NCBI GenBank assembly: GCA_964372575.1
Contig: CAYJSX010000002.1
Coordinates: 1-26,973 of the forward strand
DNA length: 26,973 bases
Direction of reading: 5' to 3'
Source: an uncultured Planctomycetia bacterium
GTDB taxonomy: Bacteria > Omnitrophota > Gorgyraeia > 1-14-0-20-64-10
Shown: one piece after another, positions 6,701 through 13,721 of the stretch
Layout: each line of letters begins with the position of its first letter
Numbering within the stretch: position 1 is the stretch's first letter
Translations under genes and position numbers: made by a program
The notes under the pieces: model-generated
The model's database searches: none
What the model was told of the DNA's origin: nothing
Seen by the model: only the letters and a program-made list of their open reading frames with translations

Positions 6701-8439
6701 CTCGGAGCGGACCAGAGGAAGAGGTAAGTGAAATCCACGAGGTGTAGTCTGATAACGTCCAGTTCTTGCCGCATGCCACGCACTGAGTTGCCCGGCTGCT
6801 GCGATTCCAAGGCAGTAACCTTTGCCCTATTCTGATTAATCATCCACAGATTCTCGAAAACCAAATCTTCTAGAACATTAAATGTGAGAACTTGTTGAAA
6901 AGCCTTCTCGCTATCTACGAATGCCTGACCTCGTTTATAAACAATGCGGTCTTCAAACTCGATACCAGAGACAAAGTTTGAGCCAGGACTGTTTCTATTG
7001 AAAGTCTCGAACTCTTCCACGCCCTCATCAAATGCTTTGATCGCTGCCTCTGGTGTCAATGCGACATTAGCCTTATGAAGCTCGGGTTGTTCTCCCCTAG
7101 TCCTGATAACAGCCCATCGCAAGGTCTGATTAGAATCAATTTCTCCTACAAACTTTTTACGCTCCTCTCCTTGTAACTTCCCACGAAGGTATTTTTGAAT
7201 TTCATCTAACCTCTTTTCCTGAGTCTCGCGGATCGTTTCCTCCAGCCCGGAGGGCTTGGGCGGGGTAGGAGTAGAACCTTGAGGAAAATCTGTAGGGGTT
7301 GCTCTAGAAATGCTGCGAAGATAAATACCTATATCGAGCCCTTCAAGCCAGATGACGGGGAAGTGTGGGAGGTTGCTAATGTCGCGAATCTTTCCCGCAT
7401 TTGTACGCGCTTCTCCCGTTATTGGATCCTTCCACGTAATCTGAATTTCTACTCCTTGCTGCATCCAACTCCTATAGGGCTCTGCTGCGCCTTGACCTAA
7501 TTCTCTCAATCCAGCTAGGTTTTTCAACGTCGAAAGGGCTGAAAGTACTGCAAGCTTGTTGTAACCAAATCCCTTTCGAGCCTCACCCTCCTTTTCCCAG
7601 TGTTCCAAGCGTTCGATAATCGGTTTAATGAAACGGATGATGTCTTGCCTGAAACGAATGGTCCCCTTCTCAACTTGGAAAACGAAGGAAGCTCTGTCGT
7701 GGTACGAATAATACTCAGGTAAAGACGTATCCAACCGAACTAAGGTTAGGGCAACCTCATAGCGAAGATCCCTTAACCCACGATGCTCTTCGGAGACCCG
7801 ATCCAAATCAATCTCGGCTGGAGGTACGTACGAGGACAAGTAGCTCCCTTCGACCATTGGCTTACCAAGTAGCCCGAGGATCGTTCTATAGGTTTCTTCC
7901 TGTTGGCCAAAGAGGAGGTCGTAATAGAGCTGCCCTTCGTCCCTCTGCTCATCAGGACGCACCCTCTGTAAGATTTCGGTATCCAGTCGCCAAAGGACAT
8001 GGATCGCTCTAGCGCGGTTCCTTTCCCCAATCTTTTCCTGGCCCACCGAATCATCGGGTAGATTTGCCGTAATCAGGGCAGCGAGGGTACGATCGAATCC
8101 TCTATCGCGTTGACGTAGGATTTCATCGACCTGAGCTTTGAAGTCGTAGCCTACCAGAGCGGGGTCTGGGAACTTCTCCTCCAGGCCGGCCCCTCGACTG
8201 GGCTCAGGGCGAACGGGTGCCAAGGGGCCAGGGGGAACAGGGGGAACAACTTGTGCAAGGCGGCCGATGGCATCGATGGCCTCATCGGGATTGCCGGAGA
8301 GGAGGGCTTCTTCCAGACCGGAGCGTTGCTTCCCTGTTTCAAGCTGGTTCTGGCGCAAGGCAAGGGCGGGGCTGGGCGCGGCGAGGCTGACGCTTAGAAA
8401 AACAGCAAGTAATCGGGGGACGATCGGGTACAGTTTCAT
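6580..8439 (-). CDS. Putative secreted modular hypothetical protein with repeated [AS]GLEE linkers (N-terminal part; probable -1 frameshift near 6700-6740)
   Basis: Signal-peptide-like MKLYPIVPRLLAVFLSVSLAAPSPALA from ATG 8439. GLEE motifs at 8308-8322, 8176-8190 and 7237-7251. No recognised family. Confidence 0.7.
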   Translation of the reverse strand: MKLYPIVPRLLAVFLSVSLAAPSPALALRQNQLETGKQRSGLEEALLSGNPDEAIDAIGRLAQVVPPVPPGPLAPVRPEPSRGAGLEEKFPDPALVGYDFKAQVDEILRQRDRGFDRTLAALITANLPDDSVGQEKIGERNRARAIHVLWRLDTEILQRVRPDEQRDEGQLYYDLLFGQQEETYRTILGLLGKPMVEGSYLSSYVPPAEIDLDRVSEEHRGLRDLRYEVALTLVRLDTSLPEYYSYHDRASFVFQVEKGTIRFRQDIIRFIKPIIERLEHWEKEGEARKGFGYNKLAVLSALSTLKNLAGLRELGQGAAEPYRSWMQQGVEIQITWKDPITGEARTNAGKIRDISNLPHFPVIWLEGLDIGIYLRSISRATPTDFPQGSTPTPPKPSGLEETIRETQEKRLDEIQKYLRGKLQGEERKKFVGEIDSNQTLRWAVIRTRGEQPELHKANVALTPEAAIKAFDEGVEEFETFNRNSPGSNFVSGIEFEDRIVYKRGQAFVDSEKAFQQVLTFNVLEDLVFENLWMINQNRAKVTALESQQPGNSVRGMRQELDVIRLHLVDFTYLFLWSAPRCGRQRYRVPRGQHPPSPPAWRRWRAWWPTPLVAMTEWKL

Positions 8440-8567
8440 TTTCTCACTTGATACCCTAAATCTACCTGATCTTTTTAAAAAAGTCAATACCTAAAATAAA
8501 AAAGATTGTAACTCATTTAAATTTATAAGCTTATGTTGATAAAATCTCAATTACGTTTTACAGAAAT

Positions 8568-8954
8568 TCACGTGGGGTACAACGAAAGGTCTGGGTAAGG
8601 GTAGTCTCTTTGGTTGTAGGTGATAAGGGTCAATCGATGCTGGAGCGCGGTGGCAGCGATCACGGCGTCCACCCACTCTCGAGGGTTTTCTCGGCGGCTG
8701 GAGGCCCGAAGCAAATCTGCCGCCAGACGGGCAATGACCGAATCTACAGAGATCGTGTCCATGGCTTCAAGGAGTATCGCCGTTTTTCGGGTTTCGGAAG
8801 GCTTTGCCCCCGCCCAAACTTCCAGGAGAGATAAGCTTGAACAGGCAAGGGGTTCTGCCGTCTGCTCGGTCAGTCGATCGAGCAAAGAAACGGTATCTTG
8901 CCGATTCCTGAGGACCCAGATCAGGACGTCGGAATCAACCAGGTATCTAGCCAT
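8568..8954 (-). CDS. vapC: PIN-domain (VapC-family) toxin
   Basis: YLVDSDVLI...SLLEVWAG...DAVIAATALQHRLTLITYN..DY acidic PIN motifs. Confidence 0.9.
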   Translation of the reverse strand: MARYLVDSDVLIWVLRNRQDTVSLLDRLTEQTAEPLACSSLSLLEVWAGAKPSETRKTAILLEAMDTISVDSVIARLAADLLRASSRRENPREWVDAVIAATALQHRLTLITYNQRDYPYPDLSLYPT

Positions 8955-9192
8955 GGCGCCTAAGGCGCGCCCGGAAACGGGCGAGGTAGCGGTTCACATC
9001 GGCTTGGGTCTTTAGGTCGGGGTGGTTCTTGTCTGTCCACCCCCCGGCAGCCTCATGGAGCGCCCGCTGGAATTTAAGGGCATGCAACCTGGTCTGGACC
9101 GCCAGGGCAATGAAGTGACTGCGCTTGCGGCTGGGTACAACTTCTTTGAGCTCCCTGGCCAGGTCGTCTGGCAGAACGATTTGGGTCTTCAT
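8947..9192 (-). CDS. VapB-type antitoxin (ribbon-helix-helix-like N-terminus)
   Basis: 81 aa, overlaps the vapC start; MKTQIVLPDDLARELKE..RSHFIALAV; strong SD GGAGGAG. Confidence 0.75.
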   Translation of the reverse strand: MKTQIVLPDDLARELKEVVPSRKRSHFIALAVQTRLHALKFQRALHEAAGGWTDKNHPDLKTQADVNRYLARFRARLRRHG

Positions 9193-9210
9193 CTTTATCT
9201 CCTCCTATCA

Positions 9211-9244
9211 ATACAAGTATATCTACGCTTGTATGGCTTGTCAA
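9211..9244 (-). promoter_or_regulatory. vapBC sigma70 promoter with overlapping inverted-repeat operator
   Basis: TTGACA (9244-9239), 17 nt, TATACT (9221-9216). Inverted repeat ATACAAG (9211-9217) / CTTGTAT (9228-9234). Confidence 0.75.
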
Positions 9245-9266
9245 GTAGCAGATCTTCTGCTATAAA
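9238..9266 (+). promoter_or_regulatory. Candidate cinA-thpR promoter
   Basis: TTGTCA (9238-9243), 17 nt, TATAAA (9261-9266). Palindrome TAGCAGA-tct-TCTGCTA at 9246-9262. Confidence 0.6.
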
Positions 9267-9375
9267 AGTTCCATGACCCCGCCCCTCCCGACCAAGGCAA
9301 TCTCGACGTCAGCCTATCTGCAGAAGTTGAGCATTCGAATATGAGATTACGATGGCTAAGGGCAGGAGGGGCGGG

Positions 9376-10677
9376 GTGAACGCTGAGATTGTGGCGGTAG
9401 GGACTGAGCTGCTGCTGGGCTTCGTGACCAACAGCGACACGGTTTACCTGTCCCGGGTGCTGGCCGGGCTGGGGATTGATTGCTTCCACCATGTGACGGT
9501 TGGGGACAACCAGCAGCGGCTGGGCCAGGCGCTGAAAACAGCCCTGGGGCGGGCCGACCTCGTCATCACCTGCGGCGGCTTGGGCCCCACGGTGGATGAC
9601 ATCACCCTGGAGACGATCGCCTCGGTCACTGGCCGTCCCCTTGGGCTCAATCGCAAGCTCCTTCGGCAGGTCCAGGCCCGCTTCAGCCGCCAGGGAATCC
9701 GGATGCCCAGGTCCAACATCCGCCAGGCGACGATCCCCAAGGGAGCCGTCGTCTTCCCCAACTCGGTCGGCACCGCGCCGGGGTTCCTACTCACCCTTCA
9801 TAAGAGAGAACGCTTCTTAAAAGGACACTTCTCTCCAGAGAGAAGTGTCCCAGAGAGAAGCGGTCTCTTGGTTTGTCTGCCGGGGCCGCCGGCTGAGCTG
9901 ATCCCGATGGTGGAGCGGTACCTCATCCCCCGCTTGAGGCGCTGCGCTGGCAAGACGGTGATCAGCTCCAGGACTCTCAAGGTCACCGGCCTGACCGAAT
10001 CCGAGGTGGACGTTAAGGTCCTGGACATTCTGGCCTTAAAAGGGAAGGCCACCGTTGGCATCTACGCCCATCCAGGCCAGATTGACTTGAGGATCACGGC
10101 CAAGGCCCCTTCCCTGGCGTCCGCCCAACGGTTGATCGGTCGGGTGGAGGCCAAGATCCGGCAGCGGCTTAAGACGCTGATCTTTGGGGCCGATGGGGAG
10201 ACGCTGGAGGGGGTGGTGGGCCGCCTATTAAGGAAGAAGGGCCTGACGCTGGCGGCGGCTGAATCGTGCACAGGGGGGCTGATCCAGCACCGGATCACAG
10301 AGGTGCCGGGCTCTTCCGATTACTTTCGTGGAGGGGTGGTGGCCTACGCCAATGAGCTGAAAGCTCACGGCCTGGGGGTCTCGCCCGCCCTGCTGGCGCG
10401 ATTTGGGGCGGTGAGCGGCCCGGTGGCTCGGGCCATGGCCGAAGGCATTCGAAGGCTGGCGCAATCTGACCTGGGACTTTCGGTCACCGGCATCGCCGGA
10501 CCGACCGGCGGCACCAAGAAAAAGCCGGTGGGGTTGGTTTACATAGCGCTGGCTACGCCGAAGCAAACGAAGGGATATCGCTTTCGATTCACTGGAGACC
10601 GCTCCACCATCAAGTTCAAGGCCTCGCAGGCGGCGTTGGATCTGATGAGGAACTACCTTGAAGGGGTGCCAGGATAA
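9376..10677 (+). CDS. cinA: Competence/damage-inducible protein CinA (MoCF-biosynthesis-like plus PncC/NMN deamidase domains)
   Basis: AEIVAVGTELLLG, TVGDN, GGLGPTVDDIT, LPGPP, AAESCTGGLI, TGIAGPTGG. GTG 9376 follows AGGAGG. Confidence 0.93.
   Translation: MNAEIVAVGTELLLGFVTNSDTVYLSRVLAGLGIDCFHHVTVGDNQQRLGQALKTALGRADLVITCGGLGPTVDDITLETIASVTGRPLGLNRKLLRQVQARFSRQGIRMPRSNIRQATIPKGAVVFPNSVGTAPGFLLTLHKRERFLKGHFSPERSVPERSGLLVCLPGPPAELIPMVERYLIPRLRRCAGKTVISSRTLKVTGLTESEVDVKVLDILALKGKATVGIYAHPGQIDLRITAKAPSLASAQRLIGRVEAKIRQRLKTLIFGADGETLEGVVGRLLRKKGLTLAAAESCTGGLIQHRITEVPGSSDYFRGGVVAYANELKAHGLGVSPALLARFGAVSGPVARAMAEGIRRLAQSDLGLSVTGIAGPTGGTKKKPVGLVYIALATPKQTKGYRFRFTGDRSTIKFKASQAALDLMRNYLEGVPG
9805..9868. 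repeat. 64-bp nested palindromic element, copy 2, in frame inside cinA
   Basis: Identical to 6096-6159; encodes RERFLKGHFSPERSVPERSGL. Confidence 0.92.
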
Positions 10678-10713
10678 ATCCTGGCACCCATAGACGGATA
10701 AATCCTGGCACCC
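10660..10713. repeat. GGTGCCAGG-ataaat-CCTGGCACC palindrome plus an 18-bp half copy at the cinA/thpR junction
   Basis: 10660-10690 is identical (31 bp) to 16964-16994; 10696-10713 repeats 10672-10689; supplies the cinA TAA. Confidence 0.9.
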
Positions 10714-10723
10714 GGTAGGAGCT

Positions 10724-11332
10724 ATGCGCGCCTTCATTGCGGTTGAGTTACCCGAGGAGATCCGGCAAGAGGTGGCTTCTCTTCAAGCCGACCTGCGCGC
10801 TGCAGGGGCCGACGTGAAATGGGTCGAGCCGGTCAATCTCCACCTCACCCTCAAATTCTTGGGTGACATCGAGGAGGCGCAGGTCGGCTCCTTGAAAGAG
10901 GCCCTGCGATCTTCCACCCTTCACCTTCCACCCTTCACCGTTTCTCTAGAGGGCATCGGCGCCTTCCCAAAGACAACATTTCCACGGGTGATCTGGGTGG
11001 GGGTGAGCCAAGGCAAGGAGGAGCTGGAGCTACTGGCTCAGAAAGTAGAGGAAGCGACGAACTCGCTTGGTTTTCCTAAAGAGGAGCGGCCCTTCTCAGC
11101 GCACCTGACCATTGGTCGCGTGGCTGCGGCTAAAGGAGGCCGCACCACTAACCCCTCCTGGCGCGTCCGCTCCGCCAGTGGGTTGGCTGGCTTGATCAAG
11201 AAGCTCCAGGTGGCCGAGTTCTGTGGCAGCAGCCCTGCCCTGATCGATCGGCTGATCCTCTTCCAATCGACCCTCTCCCCCAAAGGCCCCACCTACACCC
11301 CCCAGGGGACGCTCCATTTGGGGACACTCTAG
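10724..11332 (+). CDS. thpR: RNA 2',3'-cyclic phosphodiesterase (2'-5' RNA ligase family)
   Basis: MRAFIAV, two HxT motifs (LHLTLKFLG, AHLTIGR), LFQSTLSPKGPTY; SD AGGAG. Confidence 0.92.
   Translation: MRAFIAVELPEEIRQEVASLQADLRAAGADVKWVEPVNLHLTLKFLGDIEEAQVGSLKEALRSSTLHLPPFTVSLEGIGAFPKTTFPRVIWVGVSQGKEELELLAQKVEEATNSLGFPKEERPFSAHLTIGRVAAAKGGRTTNPSWRVRSASGLAGLIKKLQVAEFCGSSPALIDRLILFQSTLSPKGPTYTPQGTLHLGTL
11120..11184. repeat. Double-hairpin in-frame segment within thpR
   Basis: GTGG-c-TGCGGC..GCCGCA-CCAC and AACCC..CTGGCG..CGCCAG..GGGTT; single copy in the window. Confidence 0.45.
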
Positions 11333-11379
11333 CGTGGTCAGCGAGGTCGTGAGTGAAGTAGTGTGAGCAAGAGTGTCCC
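11321..11379. repeat. GGGACACTCT..AGAGTGTCCC inverted repeat spanning the thpR stop and next start
   Basis: Perfect 10-bp arms at 11321-11330 and 11370-11379, same GGACAC/GTGTCC core as the 64-bp element, followed by T5. Confidence 0.65.
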
Positions 11380-13721
11380 TTTTTAGAGCGTCCCCATTTC
11401 TGGCAGTCGTTTCTCTGGAGCTTCTGCTGGCTGGGTTTCTGGCCGCGAGCCACCGGATGATCGCGGGCCACGACGGCTTTCATTACTTCGCCCTGCAGTA
11501 TTACTTCATGAACGGTGCGGCCGCATCCGGGGAAATCCCCCAGTGGATCCCCTTCATGGCGCAGGGGATGCCTGCCACCTGGTGGTACGCCATCCAAGCG
11601 GCCCCCTGGCAGGCAGCCCTGCTTCAGGCGGCCGGCCTCTTTAAAGGGCTCGACCTTCTTCCTCTTTTCTACGCTGGGATCTTCTGGGATACTCTGCTCC
11701 TTCTCACCGGAACCTGGCTGCTGGCGAGACTCCTCTTTTCCTCCCGGTGGACCGCCTTCTTCGTGACGGTCACCGTGGCAGGCTCCGCCATCTGGACGAG
11801 CCAGCCGTGGTTTAATTTCCATTCCACCTATGCCCTGCCCCTGGCCCTCTACCTGGGGCACCGCTTCTTGGAAACCGGCCGATGGAGGTACCTCCTGATC
11901 TCTGGCAACCTCCTTGCCCTGCAGACCCTGGGGAATCTTCCTTACTTCTTATCGGTCGCCAGTCTGGCCTTTTTCCTCTATTTCCTCTTCTACGCCCTCT
12001 TCAACCTGAAGGAGGTAGGACCTCAGCTTAAGAAGATCCGATGGGGCTGGCCATCAACGGCAACGTTCCTTTTGATCGGCGCCTCATTCCTCGCCGTTTT
12101 TCTTCTGTTGAGAACGGATGTCGATCAAACGCTCCAGTACAACATCGGAAGAAACCCGGATGGAACCACCCCCTTTGATCTCTTCTTGAGTTATGGCTCA
12201 AGCCAGCAAGCGGCCAAGTGGATCGAGCTTCTCCTTCGGGCACCGCTGGCCTTGGACTACACGCTGTACGTGGGCCTGCTGACACTTCCTCTTATCTTTC
12301 TGTTTCCCCTCTCTGCCTCACGGCGGAAGGCCCTGCCCCTGGCGGCTTGCGCCCTCTTCTTTCTCTTCTTCTCGCAGGGCAGCCTTGTCCTGGCCAGAAT
12401 CGGTTACGATCTTTGGCCCTTCATGAAGTTTTACCGCCATCTGGGCCTAACCGCCTGTTGGGCAAAGCTTTTCTTAGCTCTTTTGGCTGGGGCAGGATTT
12501 GAGGTCCTCTTTGTTGAGCGGACGAGAAGGGCCCTGCCGCTTGGGTTGGGGTTGGCGCTGGGGAGTCTGGCGCTTGCCCTCTTTATTCTTGCCCGGAATG
12601 AAGCCCTCTGGGCGGAGCTTATCCCAAGAATCTTTTCTGGGCAGGAGTGGCAAGCCTTCGCCCCCATCTTACAAGGAGATCGGCTCGCCAGCCTCATTCA
12701 AGGGTCTGGCTGGATCTCCCTCTTGGCCGCCCTGGTCGTGACCGGCGCCTGGCTTGGCCGGGGGACGCGATCTCTCTGGATCGCGTTGGCCCTGACCCTG
12801 CAGGTAGCCGATCTTTACGGCTACAAGCTTGCAGATGCCCTCTTAAAAACCGTCCCCTTGACCGGAACGGAGAGGCAGCTCACCCAACTCCAAGAGGTCC
12901 CTTTCGCCCAAAGGCGGCTTCCCCTCGAAGGAAACAAAACCCAAAGGGTTCAGGACTTCGTACGGCTGCCCCCTTTTAGGACGATCGTTGGGATCGTGAA
13001 CCTCTTTCTCTTTGCGGATGAGCCGGGCAGCAGCTTTCGGATCGACTACTGGCAGCGCCCGCTGGATCAGCTCATGCGGGCCTACTGGGGGCAACCGATC
13101 CACGACCGCTCCGTCAAGCCAGCGGGTCTCATCCCATGGCGGGGATTGGATTTCCCTTTAAGGCATCCGGCCGCCGCCAAGGTGGCCGGGGTGACGGAGG
13201 ACAAGATCCGGTTCTTTTCTGACGCCCACGGGATCGAGACCGAAGAGGAGATGGCCCGTCTCATGACCGACGGGGGCTACGCGGGCGACCTCCTCTTGAT
13301 TTTGCCAAGAGAAGGCAGGGTGCCAGGTTTAAAACCTGGCACCCCCCAGCCGTTATCAACCGACGAGCGCCTTGGGCTTGGCCTTGAGGTGACTCGCTTT
13401 GACTCCAACCACCTAGAGTTCTTCGTGACGGTGCCAGGCACCGAACCGGCCTGGGCCTTTTACAGCGATGTCTGGCATCCCAACTGGAGGGCAGCGGTGA
13501 ACGGTAAGCTGGTGCCAGTCTTCAGGGCCAACCTGGCCTACAAGGCCGTCCCGCTGGAAGCCGGCGAAAACAGGGTTCATTTCTTCTTTGAGTCGAAGCG
13601 GCTGACTTGGGCTTATCGGTTCTTTGGAGCCAACGCCCTTGTTTGGGTGGTGGGGGTACTTGGTTTGGCCGGCCGGCTTATCTGGGCAGGAAGCCCCGCC
13701 AATAAAGAAGCCAAAAGCTGA
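11373..13721 (+). CDS. Polytopic membrane protein, YfhO-like (putative GT-C glycosyltransferase)
   Basis: Many TM segments; C-terminal YSDVWHPNWRAAVNGK..VFRAN.AYKAVPLEAGENRVHF typical of YfhO-type proteins. Start uncertain. Confidence 0.65.
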   Translation: MSLFRASPFLAVVSLELLLAGFLAASHRMIAGHDGFHYFALQYYFMNGAAASGEIPQWIPFMAQGMPATWWYAIQAAPWQAALLQAAGLFKGLDLLPLFYAGIFWDTLLLLTGTWLLARLLFSSRWTAFFVTVTVAGSAIWTSQPWFNFHSTYALPLALYLGHRFLETGRWRYLLISGNLLALQTLGNLPYFLSVASLAFFLYFLFYALFNLKEVGPQLKKIRWGWPSTATFLLIGASFLAVFLLLRTDVDQTLQYNIGRNPDGTTPFDLFLSYGSSQQAAKWIELLLRAPLALDYTLYVGLLTLPLIFLFPLSASRRKALPLAACALFFLFFSQGSLVLARIGYDLWPFMKFYRHLGLTACWAKLFLALLAGAGFEVLFVERTRRALPLGLGLALGSLALALFILARNEALWAELIPRIFSGQEWQAFAPILQGDRLASLIQGSGWISLLAALVVTGAWLGRGTRSLWIALALTLQVADLYGYKLADALLKTVPLTGTERQLTQLQEVPFAQRRLPLEGNKTQRVQDFVRLPPFRTIVGIVNLFLFADEPGSSFRIDYWQRPLDQLMRAYWGQPIHDRSVKPAGLIPWRGLDFPLRHPAAAKVAGVTEDKIRFFSDAHGIETEEEMARLMTDGGYAGDLLLILPREGRVPGLKPGTPQPLSTDERLGLGLEVTRFDSNHLEFFVTVPGTEPAWAFYSDVWHPNWRAAVNGKLVPVFRANLAYKAVPLEAGENRVHFFFESKRLTWAYRFFGANALVWVVGVLGLAGRLIWAGSPANKEAKS
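13318..13344. repeat. GGGTGCCAGG-tttaaaa-CCTGGCACCC palindrome, in frame in the YfhO-like gene
   Basis: Perfect 10-bp arms; 27 bp; encodes RVPGLKPGTP. Confidence 0.85.
13429..13443. repeat. Short CGGTGCC-a-GGCACCG palindrome (VPGT)
   Basis: Same 13-bp core GGTGCCAGGCACC as 23349-23361. Confidence 0.55.

Noticed and set aside
8455-8565. AT-rich tract with CTTTTTAAAAAAG palindrome upstream of the GLEE gene
   Set aside because: Probably promoter or terminator DNA, but I could not assign a convincing -35/-10 pair or a structured RNA.
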